Positions 18,286 to 31,981 of a stretch of DNA of 64,000 bases are shown here, one piece after another. Below the pieces are notes generated by a model that was given only the letters and a program-made list of their open reading frames with translations, ran no database searches and was not told the DNA's origin. Positions within the stretch are counted from its first letter, which is position 1; each line of letters starts with the position of its first letter. The translations under genes and the position numbers were made by a program. Location: the sequence record LC727695.1; one strand, given 5' to 3'.

Positions 18286-18592
18286 TGTTAATTGCATCCT
18301 TAATCCAGTTACGGATTTTTGATTTAATTCGATGTTTATCACTGATGGTGTTAAACATATCCAATCCATCATTAATAACGTATATAAGCTCTACTTCAAT
18401 AAAGTCCGTCATTACTTCCACGGTGGTATTATCTGAATTAGATTTGATATAATCGGAATAGTCCTTTACTTTTTCACGGATATTCTTTTCTAATTTAATC
18501 TCATTATAAACAGTCACACTGACTTCGAACACATAGATGGTACCAGCCAGCATGAGACCAGTTTTTACAACATTACCGATAATGGAAAGCAT
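18275..18592 (-). CDS. Putative membrane-anchored protein
   Basis: 105 aa with an N-terminal hydrophobic/amphipathic segment. Confidence 0.7.
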   Translation of the reverse strand: MLSIIGNVVKTGLMLAGTIYVFEVSVTVYNEIKLEKNIREKVKDYSDYIKSNSDNTTVEVMTDFIEVELIYVINDGLDMFNTISDKHRIKSKIRNWIKDAINNEL

Positions 18593-18637
18593 GATAATAT
18601 CCTATTAGTTAATGAATGTAGATTTATTTTGATTATA

Positions 18638-18799
18638 TTAAAACTTGATATTTAGAACACGTTTAGCTATTATAATACCAACATATACTCCTAGTGCTAT
18701 CTCCGCATATTTGGTGATGACGTTTTTAATCTTCTTATGTTTAGGTGCCTCGGGCACATCCGCGATAAGTTTTTGAAGTTTAACTTTATCAATATTCAT
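18638..18799 (-). CDS. Small protein with a C-terminal hydrophobic helix
   Basis: Start re-called at MNIDKV (AAGGA RBS), 53 aa. Confidence 0.6.
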   Translation of the reverse strand: MNIDKVKLQKLIADVPEAPKHKKIKNVITKYAEIALGVYVGIIIAKRVLNIKF

Positions 18800-18907
18800 T
18801 TGTATTTTCCTTTTTACGATTAATTGAAGGTTTAACAAACTCATTCAAATATAATTTTATTATCGTAATTATATTTGAATGGGGCCTCAGTGAGGCCCTA
18901 TCCATTT

Positions 18908-19246
18908 TTACATCTTACGAACTGTATCGAATACTTGATTCGTATAGTCATCGCCATAAATGATCGACAGCTTATTACGAATTACATCCAGTCGATGTTT
19001 TTCAATATTGCTCTCAGCAACAGCACTATCCATTGTCTCAGTCATTGCAGCATTGACGAACATCATGAACTCATCTGATTCACCATACTCTTTTGAAATA
19101 CTTTTAAACTGATCCCTGAAACCCATGAGTTTGTCAAAGTTGGCTTTAGTCTCTTTAGCCTTCTTGTAGATAACATACCCAGTTCCAGCCAGTGATGCAG
19201 TGGCCAGAAGAAAAGATACACCTTTTGCAATCGTATTGAATTTCAT
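18908..19246 (-). CDS. Putative membrane-anchored protein
   Basis: 112 aa, N-terminal GVSFLLATASLAGTGYVIYKK. Confidence 0.75.
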   Translation of the reverse strand: MKFNTIAKGVSFLLATASLAGTGYVIYKKAKETKANFDKLMGFRDQFKSISKEYGESDEFMMFVNAAMTETMDSAVAESNIEKHRLDVIRNKLSIIYGDDYTNQVFDTVRKM

Positions 19247-19280
19247 AATAAATATTCCTATTTACTAATATTAAAACTAT

Positions 19281-19727
19281 TTAATAGTTTCTGAAATGTT
19301 CACAAGTCGTTACTTCTTTCAGTCGTTTGATGATGTAATCTCGACTTTTATTGAATTGAAGTTTCTTTGCGTCATCCAGTTCATCCCATTGTGTAATTCT
19401 GGCCAGTTCAGGAACATTGTCATATTTTGCTTTGTTAAGTTTTTTAATCATGTCCCATACATAGCAACCTTCGATAAACCACAAAAGACTCGTGTATGTA
19501 TCCTTGTCAATTAAATTTACTCCATAAAGACTAAGGTCAACCTTGGCTTCTTCTGCCATTTTAATGGTTTTCTTATAATTATCAAATACATTGTGGAGGT
19601 TATGCTCTTCGCCACTGCTATCACAGTTTTCAATAGCTTTCATCAACTCCGGAAATGTATCACTATAGAACTTGATCAATTTACGAGTAATCGCCTCTTG
19701 CACTTTCTGCTTTTTAGTCTTTGCCAT
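19281..19727 (-). CDS. Hypothetical early protein
   Basis: 148 aa, first gene behind the early promoter at 19786, AGGTGGA RBS. Confidence 0.75.
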   Translation of the reverse strand: MAKTKKQKVQEAITRKLIKFYSDTFPELMKAIENCDSSGEEHNLHNVFDNYKKTIKMAEEAKVDLSLYGVNLIDKDTYTSLLWFIEGCYVWDMIKKLNKAKYDNVPELARITQWDELDDAKKLQFNKSRDYIIKRLKEVTTCEHFRNY

Positions 19728-19785
19728 TTTATTTCCACCTATTTACATTAAGTTGTATGATAATGTTTACAGTATTGTCACAAAT

Positions 19786-19802
19786 GTAATATACTGTTTA
19801 AA
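19786..19802 (-). promoter_or_regulatory. phiKZ-type early promoter
   Basis: Minus strand TTTAAacagTATATTAC. Confidence 0.8.
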
Positions 19803-19825
19803 ATGGTTTGAATATACGACATAAA

Positions 19826-19845
19826 GCCTTCCCCTGAGGGAAGGC
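19826..19845 (-). terminator. Intrinsic terminator
   Basis: GCCTTCCC-ctga-GGGAAGGC just after the macrodomain gene. Confidence 0.85.
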
Positions 19846-19850
19846 CAATG

Positions 19851-20339
19851 TTAAACCGATGAATCTATCCACGGTGGATAAACAACCACAATCTGGTTAG
19901 GCATGTGATTAGACCAATCTTCAATGATAGTTCTAACATCAGAGAAATCTAATCCACCATTAGCACACCCTAGAGGTGGTATGATAATTTTCCAATCTGG
20001 ATGAATACAGTCTTCTTCATTTTCCGCAGAATCCGATACGTTCTCCATCATCCACTCTAGACCACGTTCAATGAAACTAATTTGAGATGGGTTCCGCCAG
20101 TTATCCTTAGTAGGAAACATCATGAAACGTTTACCATCGGATGCTTTGTAAATAACCGGATTACCAATAGTAATAATTCTCTTTTTGCAATCGTGTTTGT
20201 ATCTTTCAAAAAGTTCAGGATACTTTTCTTTAAACGATTTGGCTAAACCAGCGCCCATGACGCCAACAACATTAACAGTGATTAGATAAAGATCACCAGG
20301 TACATTGAATATATCTTTACCTATAATAAATTCAGCCAT
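19851..20339 (-). CDS. Stand-alone macrodomain ADP-ribosylhydrolase, DarG/Poa1p-like (gp104-like)
   Basis: TVNVVGVMGAGLAKSFKEKYP, FPTKDNWRNPS and IPPLGCANGGL are hallmark DarG-type macrodomain motifs. Confidence 0.88.
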   Translation of the reverse strand: MAEFIIGKDIFNVPGDLYLITVNVVGVMGAGLAKSFKEKYPELFERYKHDCKKRIITIGNPVIYKASDGKRFMMFPTKDNWRNPSQISFIERGLEWMMENVSDSAENEEDCIHPDWKIIIPPLGCANGGLDFSDVRTIIEDWSNHMPNQIVVVYPPWIDSSV

Positions 20340-20419
20340 GATAATGGCTCCTTCTACAAGAGTACTAATGAGAAGATCAAAACATAGACCTTCTCATTAG
20401 ATTGGGTGCATTTCCAGGC

Positions 20420-20812
20420 TTATTGGATTTCTGGATTAGCGTTGTAGAAGCCAATATAAGCCTTATTAAATTTCAAGTAATAATTATACTCTGAAGGCTC
20501 ACCAGTTATTTCCCTAAATACCTTAGCAGTTATAACTTCGAACTTAGAACGCCGTAGCATTGGGAATAATTTCTTACTGCGCGATAGCTCACACAATCTA
20601 ATCGAGATAGCTTGATCTTTAAATAAACCTGATTTAGTAAAGAAAGCACCTTCATGAAGCCATTGAATTACTTCATTGAAGTCTGCGCGCCATTTCTTAT
20701 GCTCATTTAAAGTTTTACCATTTATAAGATACCATAAAGCTCTAACTTTAGATCCAATAGTAAAAATACCTATTACCATTACTGCTAGACATATAGCAAT
20801 TATAAATGACAT
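20420..20812 (-). CDS. Membrane-anchored hypothetical protein
   Basis: Start re-called at MSFIIAICLAVMVIGIF (GGAGG RBS). Confidence 0.7.
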   Translation of the reverse strand: MSFIIAICLAVMVIGIFTIGSKVRALWYLINGKTLNEHKKWRADFNEVIQWLHEGAFFTKSGLFKDQAISIRLCELSRSKKLFPMLRRSKFEVITAKVFREITGEPSEYNYYLKFNKAYIGFYNANPEIQ

Positions 20813-20820
20813 ATGTCCTC

Positions 20821-20946
20821 CTAAATACCATTGAAGATTAAAGTTCCTATTAGTGAGAGAATGAATAACACGACCACATGATGAAGTTTTATCCATGTTT
20901 CAGGTACTACCGGTTGTTTAGGTTTATTTAAAGGGATGTTTTCCAT
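20821..20946 (-). CDS. Small membrane peptide, 41 aa (absent from the ORF track)
   Basis: MENIPLNKPKQPVVPETWIKLHHVVVLFILSLIGTLIFNGI*, GGAG RBS, first ORF after an early promoter. Confidence 0.7.
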   Translation of the reverse strand: MENIPLNKPKQPVVPETWIKLHHVVVLFILSLIGTLIFNGI

Positions 20947-20973
20947 GTATATACTCCACATTAGTTCATATGT

Positions 20974-20990
20974 GTAATATACTGTTTAAG
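20974..20990 (-). promoter_or_regulatory. phiKZ-type early promoter overlapping the upstream stop codon
   Basis: Minus strand CTTAAacagTATATTAC. Confidence 0.75.
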
Positions 20991-21408
20991 ATCTTTCAAA
21001 TACACCTTTCCAATTAGTAGGTCTTGGATAGGACCTAGGTAGTGATTCAGAATGTATAATGAATCCCTCGATATCCCCTTCTTTTGTTTTAACAGCAACT
21101 ATATCTTTGATAATACCTTTTATTTGTAATAAGCTATTCATAATCTCACGATAGAGTTGATCAAATCTATTTGCAATGATATTAGGATTTATTGGATAAC
21201 CACAAATTGATTTATAGAAACTACACATTACATCATTGTATCTATCTGGAACACATGTCCAAAAGAAATTATGTCGTTCTTTAATATAAAGAATGATCAA
21301 GTAGTTAAGATCATCTTCATCTTTTGCGGTATAATTAAAGTATTGTTTTAATTCAGAAAAGAATTGTTGTGACCACCTCACATCAACTCGTATAAATAGT
21401 TGTTCCAT
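20986..21408 (-). CDS. Hypothetical protein (gp102-like)
   Basis: Start re-called at MEQLFI (AGGTG RBS) because the upstream GTG lies inside a terminator stem. Confidence 0.65.
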   Translation of the reverse strand: MEQLFIRVDVRWSQQFFSELKQYFNYTAKDEDDLNYLIILYIKERHNFFWTCVPDRYNDVMCSFYKSICGYPINPNIIANRFDQLYREIMNSLLQIKGIIKDIVAVKTKEGDIEGFIIHSESLPRSYPRPTNWKGVFERS

Positions 21409-21424
21409 AATACACCTAAATAAA

Positions 21425-23398
<1,974 letters not shown>

Positions 23399-23402
23399 GG
23401 TA

Positions 23403-26458
<3,056 letters not shown>

Positions 26459-26493
26459 TTAAGATCATAAGATCATGGTCTAACAGCATAAAA

Positions 26494-26512
26494 GGGAGCC
26501 ATGAAGGCTCCC
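26494..26512 (-). terminator. Intrinsic terminator
   Basis: GGGAGCC-atgaa-GGCTCCC with CATAA/TTATG flanks. Confidence 0.8.
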
Positions 26513-26523
26513 CGTTATGTTTG

Positions 26524-28974
26524 TTACTTAATGGCACGATTCACAGCAGTGTTAATTGCATTGGTAAGAGCTACAATGTAATCAACTAGAACGGTGTGGT
26601 TTTCAGCCGATTGGCCAACAACTTCCCATACTGCACTAGCTAGTTGCCGGACTTTCTTTTTACCGGCTTTACTATCCATGCTAGCCACTTTAGAGATATC
26701 ACGGTTAGCTTGGTCAAGACGACGTACACCGCGGTTACCGCTAACTTTTAGAGAGGCATTACCAAGACCAATTAGAACTTTAGAAAGTTTCATTAGTTCA
26801 GTAACGTCCTTACGGCTAACTTTAGCAGTAGCAGTACCGGTAGCACCCCATTCACCAGTTGGAAGTGCAATAGCAGCTAATCGTTCAATATCTTTACTAG
26901 TGCGACCAGTTACATCACGGCCAGACTTCTCGAAGGTAAAACTACCTTCTAGTTTTCCACTGATAAATGAACTCTCAGGATATTTCTTAACAGGTACTTC
27001 TAATTTAGTTGCTTCTTCTAGAGCCTTATCAATAGCTTCTTCACTATCAGCTTCAATAGCAGTTGATAGGTGACCAACTAAACGTTCGATGTATTCACCA
27101 TCGATTTTGAAGCATTTGTTAATAATATCGCTAATACGACGAACTTCTCCAGCAACACCGCGTACTAGATTATCATCACCTTTTAGAATACCATTAATTT
27201 TGATTTCTTTATTTTCAAAATTATCAGTATCTTTAAGCTTAACTAGAAGTTGGTCAGCTTTAGTATTAGCTGCGGCTAGTTCTTTTTGGTTAGCTTTAAC
27301 ATGGATGGATGCATTTGCACCTTCAGCAATGTTGTCGATAATATTTCGAACAAACTTACCAATAGTGCTATTAAATGATTCTAGCGAAGTAACCATCGCC
27401 TTATAGTAATCTTCTAGATTACCATAACCATAATCTTCCATTGCTGGAACACCAGGTGAATAGACATCAAAGGCGTTATGCAGGCGTTCTAAACAGCTAT
27501 TAGCATGTACGATGAACTGAGGACTATATTGCTTATGTTCTAGGCCATAATGTAGAATCTCAAGCATGGATTCATTTGATGCCTGCTCTTCAAGTAATTG
27601 ACCAATGGTTTTCTTACCATCTTCAATGTCATCTTCAAGCTTATCGGCTTCTTCAACTGCCTCATCAGCAGTCTCGTCAGCTTCTTCAACATCATCTTCA
27701 GTTACTTCTACGTCAACATCCGGGATGTCAATTTCACCTTCAGCTAACTTTTCTTCGATGTCATCTTCTGAAACGTCATCATCTGTTTCTGCAACAATTG
27801 TTTCACTGTCGTCTTCAACAGCACCTTCTTCAATTGTTGGTTCGGAAATAGTAGATGCCGTTTCGGTTTCAGCAACTGTTTCTTCAGTTTCAGCTTCATT
27901 GATTAATACATCAGTAGAATCACTGTCATCATTAGTTAATTCTTCTTCAGCTTCATCCCGAACTTCTTCCAATTCGCTTAAGCCTTCTTCAGCTACTTCT
28001 GCTGTTTCGGCAGCTTCTTCTACAATTGGATCAGTTACAGCTACTTCTTCATCAACTGCTACGATTTCATCTGGTTCAGCTTCAGCAGGAACACTTTCAG
28101 ATTCCGCCTCTACTACTTCAGCTACTTCACTATCAGTTGTATCCGGCGTATCTTCTACGGTTTCAACAACTTCTGTTTCAGCATCAGCTACAGCTGGTTC
28201 AGTAATTTCGACTTCTTCTGTTTCAGTGATCTCTGTCTCAGGTTCATCATTGGAACTTTCATCAGCAGTTGTTTGCTCAGCACCGGCTTCTTCAGGAGTT
28301 ACATCGTCATCAATACCAGGGACTGCTTCACTTACAACTTCACCAGCATCTAACACTTCATCTGGTAGTGTATCCATGGTTGATGAAACAGGTTCATCAC
28401 CAGCTGGAAGTTCCTCAGATAGTGGTGCAGGCGGTGGAGTTTCGTCACCAAGTGGGGTTTCTTCAGTGGGGGTTAATTCCACTGCTGTTTCACCAGGTGC
28501 TTCTGCAACAGGTACTAGTTCAGTATCATCAGCCGCATCTTGTGCAGCTTCAATAATTTCAGTGGTTGAATCTAAAACCTCTTTACCGCCTTCAGAAATT
28601 GTACCGATTTCTTCAGCGATTTCAGCTTCAGCAACTTTAACTGCTTCTTCGCCTTCTTCGACACTAGTGGTAGCTAGCGGTTCAGGAATACTTTCCTCAA
28701 CAACAGTTTCTTCTGGTACAACTTCTTCAACAATTACTGCTGACTTATCAGCAGCATGTGCTGTTTCTTCATGTTCTTCAGCAGAGATAATATCAGTATC
28801 TGTTTTAACAGTTTCATTCTCAATAGTTGCAGATGCATCATTATCTTTCTTTAAATCTTGAACTAGTTCATGATCATCTTTAACAGATGTCTCGACTTTG
28901 GATACATCCTGTTCCACAGCCGTACCATCTTGGTTCTCAAGGCTGGCTACATATTTGTGAATATTTACCATCAT
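26524..28974 (-). CDS. Internal head (inner body) protein with a very long acidic propeptide (gp97-like)
   Basis: 816 aa. About 500 N-terminal residues are E/D/A/T/V-rich and end at TSLE|SFN, followed by a phiKZ internal-head-type domain. Confidence 0.8.
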   Translation of the reverse strand: MMVNIHKYVASLENQDGTAVEQDVSKVETSVKDDHELVQDLKKDNDASATIENETVKTDTDIISAEEHEETAHAADKSAVIVEEVVPEETVVEESIPEPLATTSVEEGEEAVKVAEAEIAEEIGTISEGGKEVLDSTTEIIEAAQDAADDTELVPVAEAPGETAVELTPTEETPLGDETPPPAPLSEELPAGDEPVSSTMDTLPDEVLDAGEVVSEAVPGIDDDVTPEEAGAEQTTADESSNDEPETEITETEEVEITEPAVADAETEVVETVEDTPDTTDSEVAEVVEAESESVPAEAEPDEIVAVDEEVAVTDPIVEEAAETAEVAEEGLSELEEVRDEAEEELTNDDSDSTDVLINEAETEETVAETETASTISEPTIEEGAVEDDSETIVAETDDDVSEDDIEEKLAEGEIDIPDVDVEVTEDDVEEADETADEAVEEADKLEDDIEDGKKTIGQLLEEQASNESMLEILHYGLEHKQYSPQFIVHANSCLERLHNAFDVYSPGVPAMEDYGYGNLEDYYKAMVTSLESFNSTIGKFVRNIIDNIAEGANASIHVKANQKELAAANTKADQLLVKLKDTDNFENKEIKINGILKGDDNLVRGVAGEVRRISDIINKCFKIDGEYIERLVGHLSTAIEADSEEAIDKALEEATKLEVPVKKYPESSFISGKLEGSFTFEKSGRDVTGRTSKDIERLAAIALPTGEWGATGTATAKVSRKDVTELMKLSKVLIGLGNASLKVSGNRGVRRLDQANRDISKVASMDSKAGKKKVRQLASAVWEVVGQSAENHTVLVDYIVALTNAINTAVNRAIK

Positions 28975-29073
28975 GTTAATATACCTTCTGTACAGAGTTT
29001 ATGAGTTATGCTATTCGTCTTAGTCATAACTCCAAGCGACGAACGTTAACATTCAAAATATTGCGCTGGAATC

Positions 29074-30189
29074 TTACTTTAGATTTTCATCGCATACATT
29101 GAGTATGGCAGTCAAATTACGACATGTTAATTTAAATAGGTCGTGATAAGGAATAGCCAACCAATCAACATATGTTTCTACCAATGAAACAAGTTCTTGT
29201 ATTTCTCTATCAGGTCGCCCTTCATTACGAGCACGTGTTAGTTCATCTCTAAACCTGATTAATGCACCTTTAAGAGTCCTTAACCGTTCATTTCGACGAG
29301 TACGCATTGATGCAGCATTTGCACGATTGATCTTATCAACTACCTTAACAACTCGATCAATAATACTTTCAGTAACTTGATGGTTGAAATGTTCAAATTC
29401 TATTTCGACTGGTAGTGGTCTAGGGGTTTCTTCAGATGGAACTAACCGTGAAGAAATATCCCTACACTGATCATAAGCACTTGCATTCTTATCGGGATTA
29501 TAGTTAATTACAATTTGATGATTACCTAGCAAATGCAATGATACAAATCGATTACCTTGATCGCGATAAACAGATGGTGTGGTTATTTTAGTTGGGGCAC
29601 TATTTAATAGTAGTTCTGCTAAAGCATCTGGACTAGCATTTGGATTCATATACGAAGGTATGATATTAGCTGGCCTTAGAATCACATTGTCTAATCCATT
29701 GATATACCCATCAACTACTGTCTCCAATACGCGTAAGTGAGATAACAAATTAGCACTATTGGTAATAGGTTTATATCTAACACTTAAGTTCTGAATACGA
29801 GTTGTAATTAGAAATGTAGGATTCTTATTTTTACGAGTTCTAGCACGACTGTTAACTCGTAAGTTTTCTGCTCGAATTGCAACATATTCAGCAGTAGCTG
29901 CTAGCACTACTCCACTATCCATCAGTTTCTCAATAGTGGTAACAAATAGTTTTATAACTCGATCAATAACATGTTTAATAGTATCACTAATATCTTCAGT
30001 AGATACAACATCCTCTAATTCTTTGATAACCCCTTGGATCTGATTATAATCTTCCATACCGCCTAATAGATCCATCACTCGCCTAGCTAACGCTTCATCG
30101 CCTGATAATAAATCTGCAAGTCTTTTAGGTTCATCAAGATCAATAATCATTTCATCTGGAGTATCTTTATAAATATCAATTAATTCCAT
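29074..30189 (-). CDS. Internal head protein (gp96-like)
   Basis: 371 aa, VSTE|DIS maturation-type motif, AGGAG RBS. Confidence 0.7.
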   Translation of the reverse strand: MELIDIYKDTPDEMIIDLDEPKRLADLLSGDEALARRVMDLLGGMEDYNQIQGVIKELEDVVSTEDISDTIKHVIDRVIKLFVTTIEKLMDSGVVLAATAEYVAIRAENLRVNSRARTRKNKNPTFLITTRIQNLSVRYKPITNSANLLSHLRVLETVVDGYINGLDNVILRPANIIPSYMNPNASPDALAELLLNSAPTKITTPSVYRDQGNRFVSLHLLGNHQIVINYNPDKNASAYDQCRDISSRLVPSEETPRPLPVEIEFEHFNHQVTESIIDRVVKVVDKINRANAASMRTRRNERLRTLKGALIRFRDELTRARNEGRPDREIQELVSLVETYVDWLAIPYHDLFKLTCRNLTAILNVCDENLK

Positions 30190-30207
30190 TGCTAACTCCT
30201 AACATAA

Positions 30208-30231
30208 GACGGGACTCTTCCGAGCCCCGTC
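30208..30231 (-). terminator. Intrinsic terminator
   Basis: GACGGGACTC-ttcc-GAGCCCCGTC with one mismatch. Confidence 0.7.
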
Positions 30232-30250
30232 GATATGTCGTCACTTATCA

Positions 30251-31894
30251 TTATTCTGCTTGGAATTTAGTGTTAATTACACTATTATAAAGTCCAGTTG
30301 CAGTATTTGCGTAACGCATTGCTTCACGAATAATGGAGTCATGTTTAGGTGCACTATCTGTAATAATAGATGCTACCTTACGTGATACTTCTTCGATCTG
30401 TTCTTTAGAAACATCGTCGATTTTATCACTCTCTAGTTTCCGTGAAAGTTGATCAACATCATCTTCAAGTTGCTTAATGGCTTTAACAATATTCCGACCG
30501 CCAGTGATAACATCAGCTGCATCATCAACCAGATTACGTAGAGCTACCGCTTCTTTCTTAGCTTGACTCTTATCAAAGTTCTTTAAAGTCACTTCAGTGC
30601 CAGGTTCTGCGGCTGTCTCATCATCCGTTAGATATACTTGAGTAGCAGTCGTAGTTACAAGCTTATTACCCGGTAAAGTGTTAGATGTACTAGCGTAGTG
30701 TTTGAGAGGTCCATCTTGAAGTTTGTCCATCTTCTCAACTAGTTCACTAGCATCATTACGCTCTGGATCCCAAGCTTTAAGCACAGTACCAATATTCGTT
30801 AGGTAGGTAGCATAGTCTTTTGCATATACAGATGCCATCCATTTAACGATAGGGCCATATCCAACGTTAGCTGAAGGCTGAATGAATTTACCATTAGCAA
30901 ATACGGGTCCACCATTTTTAACAGGAACCGTTAATTCACTGGGTATATTTTCAAACTTAGCATTTTGGATAGCTAAAATGAGTTCATCAACTTTTACACT
31001 CACACGCGGTACACTATTCTTAAGACTATCCCATACGTGGCTAATAATTTCACGTAGTTTAGCAATAGCTTTCTTGATATAAGCAAGCGCCTTACGACTT
31101 AACTCTTTAATATCCTCAGTTGAAATCTTAACTGGATATAAATGACTTTTACCACCAGTCGTATAGTTTTCTAATGAGCTAGTTAAAGTATTATCACCAA
31201 GTACATGACGATGTGGTAAGAGTGCAGAATGAATAAATGCAGCTGTACTTTGACTGATACCATTAATACCAGCTTGTCGAACAAGAGCTTTAATCGACTC
31301 TAGGGCATATGCGGTATTTAGACCTTGATTAATATCTTGCACTGCTGTAGTAACTACTTGTGCATTACCAATGTCCATGAAATCAGTAGGTTTATCCATA
31401 TCCACTGCAACAGCGATCTGTGGCACCACGCCATTATGCGCTAGTGGAATAGAACTATCTTTGGCAGCCTGATCAGCGATTTGCTGAGTTACTGTTTCAC
31501 CACCTTGTGGTTCCTCTCCTTCGGCACCTGCTGGAATAACTGTTTCAACAGCAATATTAGGTTGTTCAGGAATAGGGGGTACTTCTGTTACTACATCTGT
31601 TTCAACTACGGTAACTGGTACAGCTGGTTGTTCAACTAGAGTAGCAGCTGGAGTCTCAACAATAACGCCATTATTAGGAGTATTAACAATAGTGGTATCT
31701 GCATCCACTGGTGCAGTTGGTGTTACACCAACATTATTGTCAGTCACATCTTGAATAGTATTTTCAGGTACAGCGTCTTCAGAAATACAATCGCCACTAG
31801 TCATGGCTGCTACTTTATCAACTGCTGTTTCAGGAATAGGTACCTCAGTATAGTCTTCTAGACTATCTAGATACTCATTGAGTTTAAATGTCAT
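30251..31894 (-). CDS. Internal head protein (gp95-like)
   Basis: 547 aa. LESIKALVRQAG..GISQSTAAF and ISTE|DIK motifs are shared with its paralogs. Confidence 0.8.
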   Translation of the reverse strand: MTFKLNEYLDSLEDYTEVPIPETAVDKVAAMTSGDCISEDAVPENTIQDVTDNNVGVTPTAPVDADTTIVNTPNNGVIVETPAATLVEQPAVPVTVVETDVVTEVPPIPEQPNIAVETVIPAGAEGEEPQGGETVTQQIADQAAKDSSIPLAHNGVVPQIAVAVDMDKPTDFMDIGNAQVVTTAVQDINQGLNTAYALESIKALVRQAGINGISQSTAAFIHSALLPHRHVLGDNTLTSSLENYTTGGKSHLYPVKISTEDIKELSRKALAYIKKAIAKLREIISHVWDSLKNSVPRVSVKVDELILAIQNAKFENIPSELTVPVKNGGPVFANGKFIQPSANVGYGPIVKWMASVYAKDYATYLTNIGTVLKAWDPERNDASELVEKMDKLQDGPLKHYASTSNTLPGNKLVTTTATQVYLTDDETAAEPGTEVTLKNFDKSQAKKEAVALRNLVDDAADVITGGRNIVKAIKQLEDDVDQLSRKLESDKIDDVSKEQIEEVSRKVASIITDSAPKHDSIIREAMRYANTATGLYNSVINTKFQAE

Positions 31895-31981
31895 GTTATT
31901 TCCTCAAGGAATTTCTTTGCGCGCGTTTAACAATAAACCATAGAATTAGGTACTTAGATAAAAATGAACACTTAGATATAT

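Noticed and set aside
27576-28861. Long plus-strand ORFs (418 aa Ser-rich, 91 aa, 95 aa) opposite the gp97-like gene
   Set aside because: These are antisense shadows of GAA/GCT/ACT/GTT-rich acidic codons. They have no RBS or plausible composition and are fully overlapped by a well-supported gene.
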